Shown: positions 43,276 through 53,800 of the stretch, piece after piece | Position numbering within the stretch: the first letter of the stretch is position 1 | Layout: each line of letters opens with the position of its first letter | Assembly: GCA_020184695.1 (NCBI GenBank) | Contig: JAANOX010000241.1 | Coordinates: 248,001-312,000, forward strand | Length of the DNA stretch: 64,000 nt | Origin: Histomonas meleagridis 2922-C6/04-290x | Taxonomy: Eukaryota > Protista > Parabasalia | Direction: 5' to 3' | Notes under the pieces: generated by a model | Told to the model about the DNA's origin: nothing | The model's input: only the letters and a program-made list of their open reading frames with translations | The model's database searches: none | Made by a program: the position numbers and the translations under genes

Positions 43276-46200
43276 ATGGAGTCCGATCCATATAAGAATC
43301 GACTTAAAAAACATTATTTTCCAAACCTTGATGATTTTGAAGTTGTTAAAAAAGGGATTAGCCAAGGAGGTTATGGCATTATAGACAAAGGAATCATCAA
43401 AATAACATCACAATATGTCGCAATGAAAAGAGCAAGAACAAACGAAGCATATGAATCACTTAAAGAAGAGTTTAAGCTCCTTTGTAAATGTACACACCCT
43501 GCAATTCAATCGATTATTGGTTTTTATGATACAGGAAATTACAATGATTCAGTCTTGATCACTCCTTTTCAAGAACATGGATCCTTACGTGATGTAATTT
43601 ATCAAAAACCGGAAGAATGGAATATAGAAACAAAAATTATTTCAATATTCGGAATTGCTTCAGGTATGCAATATCTACATAGTATTGGTATATGTCATCG
43701 TGATCTCAAAGTTGATAATATTCTTATCAATGATAAATTTTATCCGATAATCTCTGATTTTGGTATTTCTAGAGTAATACCAACAAATGAATACATGTCA
43801 ACCCATGTTGGAACTTTGTATTATATCGCACCAGAGATAATTCAAGGTAATGATTATACAAAAGAAGTTGATGTGTATTCATTTGGATTACTTGCAAATG
43901 AGATATTTACTGGAGAAATACCATATAAAAAACTCAATGCATCTGACATTATTGAAAATAAAAAAAATGGAACTCTTCCGGAAATAGCAAAAGATATCCC
44001 CGAGTTTTTAGAGAAATTAATACAAGCTTGCCTTTCACAAGAACCAACTAAGAGACCAACTTTCAAGAAAATAGTAAAAAAAATCAAGTCTCATTATGAT
44101 GATATAGTAGATAATACAAAGGATATTGATACATACAAGCAATATTTAAATTCTTGGGATTTCTGTCCCATGCCAAATTTTGTTATACCAGAACCATTGA
44201 TATATGATCCTTCTCAATGGGAAGAAAAAGTTATTGATATCGAAACATTTGAAAAAGTTCTTGCAAAAGCTGAAGGAAAATCAATTATACTTGTAATGTT
44301 ATATGGTAAATATCAATCAGGTAAATCAACATATCTAAAAACATTAACCGGAAATTCAGCATTTTATGCTGGAAAAGGAACAAAAAGTCAAACAAAAGGT
44401 TTATTAATTGATGGACCATATATAGTATCTGATTTAATTGATCGTTTGAAATCGATTAAAAAATCTGACAAAGAGGTCTTTAAAAAACTTGTTGATAAAT
44501 GTAATTCACTTCCAATTAAAAAGGATTCAGTAATATTTTTTATTGATTCTCAAGGTATTGGTGATGAAGACTATGTAAAGAATTTGAAAAATATTCTTGA
44601 TAAAGCTATTGCATTGTTTACTGGGATTTCTACTGTTTGTTTAACTGTTTCCGAATTCGCTGATACAGTTGATGGGATGAAAACAATTCTTACAACTATC
44701 CGTCGTGCTCAACTTTCAAAATCATTACCATTGTCTAAAGTATACTTCCTTGTAAAAAATTATGATAATACTTTAAATCGTGTCTTAAATAATTTCAATC
44801 CAGATGAATTCGCAAAGAATATCAAAGGCTTTTCAGAAGAATGGTGGAGAGAACATAAAATAGCTAAAGAGTATTATGCACCAGATTCGCTTCATCCACT
44901 TCCGCTTGGTAATTATATAGAGAATTTCAACGTTTATGTGAATACTGTGTTTCAATCATTATATTATATTTTATCTACAGTTTCAGATTCAATGAATGCA
45001 GAAAAATATCTTCTAACAATTAAAATTGGTAATGAAGCATTATTCAATAAGTTTTTTGTAGATTTTAAAAATCAAATCTATACATTTAAAAATCAACTTA
45101 TCCCTGATGAAATTAATGAACCGCTTAAATATTGCTGTACATGTAGTTTAGTTCTTAACCAAAATATCTCATCAATATTAAAGGGAACTTTTTATTCTGA
45201 TGAATATACGAGTAATAACCTTCTTGGAAATATTTTATATATAGTTACCATGACAACAAAATATATCTTACCATATATTCTTGGCGAAGAAGACATATCT
45301 TTCCTAGATTTCCAACAATTTTATTATGAAATTCAGCGTGATTTAACATCTTACTTGATATATAATAATAGTGATTGGAAACAATACTTGGAAGATGGGA
45401 AAAAACTTAGTGAAAAAAAATGGATATTTCAAGGCAAGGTTGGAAAAGCCTTTGATATATTATCATACATTCCATGGCTTGGATTAGGATTTTCAATTCC
45501 AAGAATTGTTATTGCGATACTCTTTAAAAATCATTTAAATAAATCAACTCAACTTGAAAAAAATTTGATCACTACTTTATATCCATTTATTTGGGATCGA
45601 AATTTAATTAATATTAAACCCAAAATATTTAATACATTTAGTGATCTTATCAAATACTCAGGTGTAATATCATTTGTCTTTTATGAACAACCAGATCAAG
45701 ATTCAAGATTATTCTTTCAATCAATATTTGGTATTCAATTTATAGATTCTGGAAACTATATACTTTATGAAAAAATTAATGTACAAAAAACATTAAGTAG
45801 ATTCGAAAGGTATAATAAAAAAAGATCTACAACTTTACCAATTGATAAACCTATCAATATTTTATATATAAAGAACATTTTACCACCCACACAAGTACCA
45901 AAAGAACTTAATAAATTACAATCGTCGATAGGAAAGAATGCAATATTTATTACAACAATAAGAAGAAAAGAAGATAAAATACATATAAAAGCAAACGAAA
46001 ATTTATATCTTCTCACACTTGGAAATGAGTTCTTTACAACAGAAACCATAGACAAATTTGTATACAAATTTGAAATGCATTTATTGAACAAGACTATTGA
46101 GCATTCGAATGAATCTACAATACTTTTGCCAATATATGCTAATGATTATAATCTTTGTGAATATGGACCGAGGTGTATTGCATCAATTAGATATGCTTCA

Positions 46201-46305
46201 AGGTGTATTCTCCAGGATCCTAAGTTAAAAATATCAAAAGATGAAAGTACAATTTTCGATTTTATGATAACGATTAACCCAAATTTGAGATTACATGAAA
46301 ATTAA
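43276..46305 (+). CDS. Protein kinase (TKL-like) fused to a GBP/atlastin-like P-loop GTPase
   Basis: Kinase motifs SQGGYG, VAMK, HRDLKVDN, DFG, GTLYYIAPE, DVYSFG; then GKYQSGKST...FYAG...TKG and FIDSQG. Start uncertain (43234 or 43276). Confidence 0.85.
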   Translation: MESDPYKNRLKKHYFPNLDDFEVVKKGISQGGYGIIDKGIIKITSQYVAMKRARTNEAYESLKEEFKLLCKCTHPAIQSIIGFYDTGNYNDSVLITPFQEHGSLRDVIYQKPEEWNIETKIISIFGIASGMQYLHSIGICHRDLKVDNILINDKFYPIISDFGISRVIPTNEYMSTHVGTLYYIAPEIIQGNDYTKEVDVYSFGLLANEIFTGEIPYKKLNASDIIENKKNGTLPEIAKDIPEFLEKLIQACLSQEPTKRPTFKKIVKKIKSHYDDIVDNTKDIDTYKQYLNSWDFCPMPNFVIPEPLIYDPSQWEEKVIDIETFEKVLAKAEGKSIILVMLYGKYQSGKSTYLKTLTGNSAFYAGKGTKSQTKGLLIDGPYIVSDLIDRLKSIKKSDKEVFKKLVDKCNSLPIKKDSVIFFIDSQGIGDEDYVKNLKNILDKAIALFTGISTVCLTVSEFADTVDGMKTILTTIRRAQLSKSLPLSKVYFLVKNYDNTLNRVLNNFNPDEFAKNIKGFSEEWWREHKIAKEYYAPDSLHPLPLGNYIENFNVYVNTVFQSLYYILSTVSDSMNAEKYLLTIKIGNEALFNKFFVDFKNQIYTFKNQLIPDEINEPLKYCCTCSLVLNQNISSILKGTFYSDEYTSNNLLGNILYIVTMTTKYILPYILGEEDISFLDFQQFYYEIQRDLTSYLIYNNSDWKQYLEDGKKLSEKKWIFQGKVGKAFDILSYIPWLGLGFSIPRIVIAILFKNHLNKSTQLEKNLITTLYPFIWDRNLINIKPKIFNTFSDLIKYSGVISFVFYEQPDQDSRLFFQSIFGIQFIDSGNYILYEKINVQKTLSRFERYNKKRSTTLPIDKPINILYIKNILPPTQVPKELNKLQSSIGKNAIFITTIRRKEDKIHIKANENLYLLTLGNEFFTTETIDKFVYKFEMHLLNKTIEHSNESTILLPIYANDYNLCEYGPRCIASIRYASRCILQDPKLKISKDESTIFDFMITINPNLRLHEN

Positions 46306-46338
46306 CTCCCCAAGGATTAATTAATAAAATTTAGGGAT

Positions 46339-46341
<3 letters not shown>

Positions 46342-46424
<83 letters not shown>
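46342..46424. repeat. (TG)n microsatellite
   Basis: About 41 TG units with one TA interruption. Confidence 0.97.
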
Positions 46425-46429
<5 letters not shown>

Positions 46430-46965
46430 CTTTTTTCATATTAAAGTTAATTGTGAAAGATCTCAATATAGATCTGTATAAGTTTAGTAAACAACATCAT
46501 AATTATTTTTACTATATTGTTATCATGGTTCATGATACACTTTATTATTTGATAAAATGATTTCAAATGTTTTTAAGTTACTTGTAAAATATTACTTAAA
46601 GCATTAGATTCCACTTAATTTTTTTTTTCTTAAATTTTCATTTAATTTTACAGTAATTACCTCATGAGGTAATTCGTTTGGAATGACGATCACGAAACGT
46701 TGTTGACGTATTGGCTTGATGTTACCTTGGGTAGTGATACATTAAGAGTTCCAATACTTTTAATTTAAGAAGAAAATACGATAACAAAAATAAATTTAAT
46801 ATTTGTAATTAAAAAAGCCACTAATAAGGAATGAATGATCTTAGGGTTTGAGCGAGAAAATTTGCATACTTTAATATAAAATTTAATAATTTTATAAAAT
46901 TCAAAAAATATCAGTATTAACTCTTTACGAACATTACTTTCAGACATATATTTTTCCCAAAAAAA

Positions 46966-47106
46966 TCACCTCCCTTGGAATATCATTTTCGATTGCTTTC
47001 TTTTCTTATAAAGAACTGTACATTTACATGCATCGCACCTTACGTCACCCTTTGCTTCAACAAGAATTGTTTTACCGCAATTAGCACAAGTGTATTCCAC
47101 AGGCAT
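46966..47106 (-). CDS. RPB12: RNA polymerase I/II/III subunit RPABC4 (RPB12)
   Basis: MPVEYTCANCGKTILVEAKGDVRCDACKCTVLYKKRKQSKMIFQGR* has the YxCxxC...CxxC..LYKKR...F.xR zinc-ribbon signature. At 46 aa it is below the ORF-track cutoff. Confidence 0.88.
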   Translation of the reverse strand: MPVEYTCANCGKTILVEAKGDVRCDACKCTVLYKKRKQSKMIFQGR

Positions 47107-47157
47107 ATGCGCACGACCAAGTAAAGTTGTCTCAATTTTTCGGCCGTTAAATCAATA

Positions 47158-47165
47158 AACGGTTT
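47158..47165 (+). promoter_or_regulatory. M3/Myb-recognition element (AACGGTTT)
   Basis: Lies in the 70-bp RPB12/NOC2 divergent promoter, 12 nt before the NOC2 ATG. The same octamer occurs at 34774-34781 and on the minus strand at 49635-49642. Confidence 0.55.
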
Positions 47166-47176
47166 TTCCAAAATCA

Positions 47177-48658
47177 ATGGCTGAGCTCCGACCAATAGAA
47201 GAAGAGGAAGAAGAACAACCAGAATTAGTTGAAGAGGAAGAAGAACAACATGACCTTATCGTTGTTGATAATGAATTCATTGAAAATTTATTAAATGGAA
47301 TCAAATCTTCAAATCCTCTCTCTTTGGCTCAAGCCGTTGATATTATTCTTGGCATTTTTGGGTATAAAAATGCTGTCGCTTTGGATGACGATTTGAGTGA
47401 GAATCCAACTTTATCAATTTTGACAAATCTTATCCCAAAACTTGTTGAAATATATGATAGTAGTAAGGAAGGATCGGTTAAAAAACAGAAGGTTACCGAT
47501 TTACTCGAGAAATTGGCAGCTGCTATTTTTGATTCATTCGATAAATTCAAAAAAGAAAAACCATTATTCAAAATTTTTTGCAATGCATTAGGAACAATGA
47601 TACAGCACGCAGATCCTGATGTTTACAAGAAGGCATTTACCAATGCAACTAAAGTTGGTTTATTGAAACAATCATATAATAACATAATTTTCAAGTTATT
47701 TGAAAAAACAGTTCTTGAGGAACAACTTCAGTCAATGACCATTCGTAATATATACTTACAACTCAGCTCATATGCAAATGCTAATTTAGTTGAATCACTT
47801 CTTCCACGAGTTGCAGATTTTTACATTCAATTCAATGAGCAATCATGTCCTTTCATCAAAAATCTCATTCAGAAGCTTGCAGCTGAGACAATTGATGCCT
47901 TGCAACAAACATCAAAAACGTTTATTTCTTGGTCCCTCTATACCACAGTAGAACTTATTACAAGTTATATCATTGGTACTCAAGATCGTCGTTTTATTCA
48001 TCCTTTCATTACCACAGTACTTCCATTACTTAAGAACTTTCCCATTAAGTTATATCTTCCCTTCCAAATTCGGATATGTTTGCTAATCCATACCATTTCC
48101 CAAGAATTTGATGTTTTTGTCCCATTGCTTTCTTGGATGGCCGAGGCCATTCAGTTCGTTTGCACCGTTAGTTGTAAAGGAGACGTTAAGTTTAAATGGA
48201 ACGATGAAATTTTATCACCACAAACGTTCTCCGTCGAGTTTTGTCATGAAGCCTTGGAACGCATTAAAAAGTTATTCTTTTCTCATTTAATGTTACAAGG
48301 TACATCAATTGCATTCCCGGAATTTATACATTCTATTAGGGTAAAGCTTGAATCTGTTCTTCATAGTCAACAGAAAAATCAAATTGCAAATGAACTCAGA
48401 CCACTTATTAAAATTATAACAAAGCAACAACAGGCATTACTGGAAATTAAGAGAGGACTTAATTGGGAACAGAGAAATGAACAACTTGCAAATTGGAAGA
48501 GGGAAATTGCACTCGTCGATTTGCCTCTCCAGAGCTTTGTTAACAGGGAAGCAAAGGTAGAAGAAACATTAAAGCAGATGAATGCAACAAAGACAGAGAA
48601 ACCACTCGAAGAATATAAAGATGATGAACTTACTGTAGCAACTGTGGATGACGTATGA
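47177..48658 (+). CDS. NOC2: Nucleolar complex protein 2 (NOC2) family
   Basis: Acidic N-terminus; YLPFQIRICLLI...VFVPL and SIAFPE match Noc2 motifs. Confidence 0.72.
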   Translation: MAELRPIEEEEEEQPELVEEEEEQHDLIVVDNEFIENLLNGIKSSNPLSLAQAVDIILGIFGYKNAVALDDDLSENPTLSILTNLIPKLVEIYDSSKEGSVKKQKVTDLLEKLAAAIFDSFDKFKKEKPLFKIFCNALGTMIQHADPDVYKKAFTNATKVGLLKQSYNNIIFKLFEKTVLEEQLQSMTIRNIYLQLSSYANANLVESLLPRVADFYIQFNEQSCPFIKNLIQKLAAETIDALQQTSKTFISWSLYTTVELITSYIIGTQDRRFIHPFITTVLPLLKNFPIKLYLPFQIRICLLIHTISQEFDVFVPLLSWMAEAIQFVCTVSCKGDVKFKWNDEILSPQTFSVEFCHEALERIKKLFFSHLMLQGTSIAFPEFIHSIRVKLESVLHSQQKNQIANELRPLIKIITKQQQALLEIKRGLNWEQRNEQLANWKREIALVDLPLQSFVNREAKVEETLKQMNATKTEKPLEEYKDDELTVATVDDV

Positions 48659-49040
48659 AATGAATAAAAATATAAATAAAAGTATATTTATACATTTGTT
48701 ATTTTAGTTTTTTTTTTTTAATAATTGATTCTCAACTTTTGAATTACAATTTTAAATTTCATAATTCTTTGGTCGTAATATTAATCTGATCTGCAAAACA
48801 TTAATTTTATTTCTTTGTAATAACCTTATGCGTCTAAATTTTAGTTTCTATTTAACTAAAATTTGAATCAAATTTACATGATTGAAACCAGCTGCAATAT
48901 ATTAAAAAAAATCTCTCACCAACAAATCCCCAATTACATTTTAAAACAAATAAAAGAAAAAGGAAAATGTAAAGGTTTACATATACATAATTTTCATTTT
49001 GTTTAATTCTAAATTTGAATTTGCATGAAAGAATAGCTTT

Positions 49041-49604
49041 TTACTCAAATTTGTTTCCTTTATGTGGAGTGATAGACTTGAATTTTGAAAACATATTTTT
49101 GAAGAAATCGCTCCAAATACTCTTTGGATGTGATTTCACATGTTCCTCTCCATCATCTAAAGATGCTAAAGATAAAATCAGAATGATTGGTATAGCCCAA
49201 ACAAATAAAAAGTAGTATGATATTATCAAAAAGCTACCTACACTGACATAACAAATAAATGTATATAAAAATGAGCAATGTGCTAAAATTGTAAAAGCTG
49301 AAGCAATTAGAAAATCTGGTCTTAATAAAGAGACAAAAGGAAATCCATTATATAAGATGCTTAACCACATTCCATTTGCGCCCATTACACTGAAATAAAC
49401 AAGCTTCGGGAAGCCAGCAAATGGTAATAATAGTGAAAGCACTAAAATCAATATTGTTGCTCTCTTTAAATGTTTGATGAAAAAATTAATTCTTTCTTCA
49501 ACAAATGACATTGCATAATATATCATGGCTGTAGCACAGCAAAGTCCCATGAAAACAGTCACCATAAATTCGAAAATTCCATTCAGAATGGAGAACAGTC
49601 CCAT
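49041..49604 (-). CDS. SVP26/TEX261 family ER-Golgi membrane adaptor
   Basis: Four TM helices; CATAMIYYAMSFVEE and YYFLFVWAIPIILILSLAS resemble TEX261 (AAGLYYLAELIEE; FCLWIIPFAFFVSLSA). Confidence 0.72.
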   Translation of the reverse strand: MGLFSILNGIFEFMVTVFMGLCCATAMIYYAMSFVEERINFFIKHLKRATILILVLSLLLPFAGFPKLVYFSVMGANGMWLSILYNGFPFVSLLRPDFLIASAFTILAHCSFLYTFICYVSVGSFLIISYYFLFVWAIPIILILSLASLDDGEEHVKSHPKSIWSDFFKNMFSKFKSITPHKGNKFE

Positions 49605-49688
49605 TCGCAAAAAAATTTACAACCGCCGTGAAAGAAACCGTTTACTTTCGACAAAAAGACGTTAACAACAAAATTTATAAATTCTCAA

Positions 49689-50405
49689 ATGAATGAATCT
49701 ATCAAATGTGTAGTTATTGGAGAAAGCGAAGTTGGAAAATCAAGCCTTATAATAACTTTTTGTAGTGGCTGGTTTCCAAAAGATTATATTCCAGTAGAGA
49801 CCAATAATTTTTCTAAAACTATACTCTTCCAAAATAACCCAATAGATATAAAGCCATTTGACACTTTATCACAGTCAAAGTATGAAGAAGTTCGATCATT
49901 GATATATGACGGTGCTGATGTATTTATTATTTGTTTTTCTTTAATCGAACCCCAATCATTAGAAAGGGTTTCTACAAAATGGGCCAAAGAAGTTCATGAT
50001 TTCAATTCAGAAGCACCAATTATTCTTGTTGGTCTCAAGAAAGATCTTCGAGATACTTTTGTTGAAGATCCAAATAACCCCAACATAAAGCCTATTCCAA
50101 CAAAAGATGGGCAAGCAATGAAAGAGTGTATTGGAGCGTATAAGTACATCGAATGCTCATCTCTAACAAATACTAATGTTGATGACGTATTTTTATCTGC
50201 TTTGGCTGCTGTCTCTCATCAAGAGGAAAGTGATGATTCTACAGTAAGCGAAAGTGCTAATGCAAAAACAGGTCCAAGTGAAAGCGATAGTACAAGTCAA
50301 AGCGCAACTGCGAAAACAGGTTCAAGCGAAAGCAAAAGTATCAATGAAAACGAACAAAAGAAAGAACAAGAAAACCAACACCAAACGTCATGCAATCTTT
50401 TGTAA
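49689..50405 (+). CDS. Atypical Rho/Rac-family GTPase
   Basis: IKCVVIGESEVGKS, CFSL, KWAKEV, IILVGLKKDLR, YIECSSL and a CaaX end (CNLL). Confidence 0.88.
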   Translation: MNESIKCVVIGESEVGKSSLIITFCSGWFPKDYIPVETNNFSKTILFQNNPIDIKPFDTLSQSKYEEVRSLIYDGADVFIICFSLIEPQSLERVSTKWAKEVHDFNSEAPIILVGLKKDLRDTFVEDPNNPNIKPIPTKDGQAMKECIGAYKYIECSSLTNTNVDDVFLSALAAVSHQEESDDSTVSESANAKTGPSESDSTSQSATAKTGSSESKSINENEQKKEQENQHQTSCNLL

Positions 50406-50886
50406 AACATTCATTCTGTTTTTCATTCTAATTTTAGATGAAATCATTTTGAAATTAAATATGAAATTTTATTAAAAAAAAAAATATTTATGCTATTTTC
50501 GATAAATGATTCTTTATATATTTTAATGCGATGAGATTAACAGTTTTGTGCAAAATAAACTTTTTGGAAACGATTTCAATCAAAATCGATCAAAGCCATC
50601 ACTATTTTATCATCAGCTTGCCATACATTAATCTATTCATGAAAACGAAATAATTTTGCAGTATATTTTCCGTAAATAATTTTTCCATGATTAATTAATA
50701 TATTATATTGCTTTATTGAATGAGAAAATCGCAAATTATTAGCCAAAAAATCCAACAAACGATCAAAATTCATTCAATATTTTATTTCAAAAACTGGAAC
50801 ATATTCTTTTTATGAATTCATTTAATTGACTGAGAAACAAAAATAAATACTAATAATGGCATGAATGCTTTACTAATTTTATGTTT

Positions 50887-53800
50887 TTAATTAAATACCA
50901 TTAAAATACCGAATCCGATGATAATCCAGCCAATAATTGGAATACCACAGATCTTCAATCCTGCACTATAAGTCATTGTATAATATTCCTTATTTAATTC
51001 CAAGAAGTGAATTTGTTTTCCATCTTTGATATTTTTTTTTATTGTATCCTTATTAAAGTAATCATCCTTTACAATAATTCTTCCTTCTTCATCTATTCTA
51101 AAGTCATCTTTTGCTTCTGAAATTTGTTGTTTTGTTTTATCCAAAGTAATTCCGATTTCGTTGAAATATGTTTTCAGTGTATTATCATCTGAGTTTGCAT
51201 AAACTTGGCTTGAAAATGGAATTATAGTTTCACCACTTTTCATTGTAAGTGTTGACATTTTATTTACTGATTCTCTAGACAATGTTATACTAATATGATT
51301 TGTCTCTATATTTGATATAGATGCGTCTACAGAACCTTTCCAATTCTTTGAACCATAAATCGTATCACTTCTTGGTTTCATTATTTGTTGTTTGCATCCT
51401 ACCATTAATCTATTTGATTGAATTTCTCCTTCTTTATTCCAATCAAAGAATTCTTCTACACCAGGATCACCAGTAGAACTTTCAAGTTGATTATATTTCA
51501 ATAAAACAGTTCCATGCTTCGATATATCTAATGGGAAGATACAATTAACAGAAGTGTTTTCAGTGCAATATGCTAAAATTGTAAATCCTGTTGTGTAATC
51601 ATTAGTATATATTTGGAATATATCACCTTCTCTTAAGATATGTGTACCTTTTGGTACATCATCAATATATATCGAATCACATCTATCACATTTAACATAA
51701 ATCGCATTTTCATTTTTCATATATTGATGAATGTTTTTGATTGTTGCATCATCAATTGCTAATTGACGTGAATCTTCAGTTAAATTAATATAATCTTGTT
51801 TCATTGCGACTGTGATTGAATTTATTGTAGTAGAAGTTGTTTCACTATTCATTCTAATTAACTTATTAAATGAACCAGATGAAAGTGATGGTAACATTTC
51901 TCTCTTTAATACAACATTCTCGGATGGTGTTACATAATATTTCCATTTGTTTTCTACATATTCTTTTGATGAAGAATATGGCTTTAAGCAACCAAAGTAA
52001 ACATTACTTTTAGCTGGGACTGTAAATATTGGGAATTCAGAACAATGTGGTTTCATATCATTGTTATCAGGTGTTTGGAATATTGTATAAAATGTAACTT
52101 GAAGTGTTTGTTTGCTCTTATCTCTCCTTCTAAATGGAATTACGATATCATAATCTTTATTAGTTTGATCATTAGGATTTGTCTTAAATAATGTTAAACC
52201 TTCTTGAAGCTTAATTAAGTAAATATGTTCTTGATCTAAATTAATTGGTTCACTTACAAGTGGTTGAATATTTGGTAAATTAATTAATAAATATAAATGT
52301 GAAAAATCATATCCATCGCCATTAAATAAATATCTTATTACACCATATGATTCACCTTCTTCAAATGAAAGAGAAAGATCAATTTGTTCTCCACGGAATG
52401 AATCTCTTTTATAATCACCTGTATCATATATTGGTTCAAATAATCTACAAATGACACCGGCGAGTTTTTCATAAGGTTGAAGCGATCCTATATATGAATC
52501 ACTTAATTCAGTTAAATATTCAACATCTTCGAAGTTTTCGACATTAAATGTCATTGAATAAGTTTCATCAATTTGAATTGTAAATGTTTCTTTCCCAAGT
52601 TCTGAATTCTTTATATTTACTTCTTTTGTAATATCATCAATTTTGAAGTTAAGTTTAAGTGAAACAGCTTCTGAATTTCCAGGATCTATTTTAGGAATTT
52701 GATATGTTATAACAGGGAAACTAATTTTACTTGTTCCTTGAGTACAACCAGTTGCATCTGCTACACGATATCTTAGATTGTTATGCATTTGTGTTATACG
52801 ATATTTGGAATTACATTTTGTTGTATCTTTAGTTGTAACTTCTGTAAGTGTTAATTTCTTCCACATCTTAATATTATATACATTTGTTTGTTCATCATCA
52901 TAATATTCATCCATCATATGATAATTATTATATGATGATGTATAACCTGTAACATTTGAATGAATGATTAAAGCCATTGTTTTATATTTGTTTGAAGATG
53001 GATTAACTGTATTATAACTATAATATCCATTAATATCATTCCATATAAACTGTGTTCCAATTTTTGTAATTGGACTAGTTTCCTTTAATTCAATAGTAAA
53101 TCCAATATCTTCATCATTATAATTATATGTTTTCATAATATCTTCATTTGAAATGACTACTTCGGTATCTAAATTATATGACTTTATTGTGAATTCATTA
53201 TATGAATCTGTCTTCTCCATATAAATATAACAATCTGTATAACCATTTTGCTTACTAAATGTATAATATTTCACTTGTGATTGTTGTGTAGTTAAGTTCT
53301 TAGCTGTAATCTTAATTTGATAATCTAAATTATCTTCTTTATGATATACTGGATTAGATACTTTAACAATATATCTTGTTCTAGCTTCTTTAGATTTTAA
53401 TTCATCATCTAATTCATTTGATGTTAATGGATCAAATAAACATGTTCCATCTTCGTCACCAATTTGTTTTTCCCATATTAATTTTTCATGGGCGGTCTGC
53501 CATTTTGTACCATCAATTACTTTAATGCCAAATAAAGAAAGTTCTCCACCAGCTGTAAGATAAGATTTAACATAAGGAGTAAGTGATCCATATAAAGCTG
53601 GTGATGTACATTTTGTTGTATCAATACCAAACTTTAATTTTAATCCTGCTTTAGCACCAGCTTCAACATATAATTTCCCATCCAAAAATGAACTAATATT
53701 TGCTTCCACTCTAATTCCAAGTGATATTGAAAGATCACCTTCAATTGAAACTTTTAATTCTGGTTTTGTATCTAAGATATTACCATCTTGATCGATATAA

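Noticed and set aside
46342-46560. 72-aa VCVCVC ORF
   Set aside because: Artefact of the (TG)n microsatellite.
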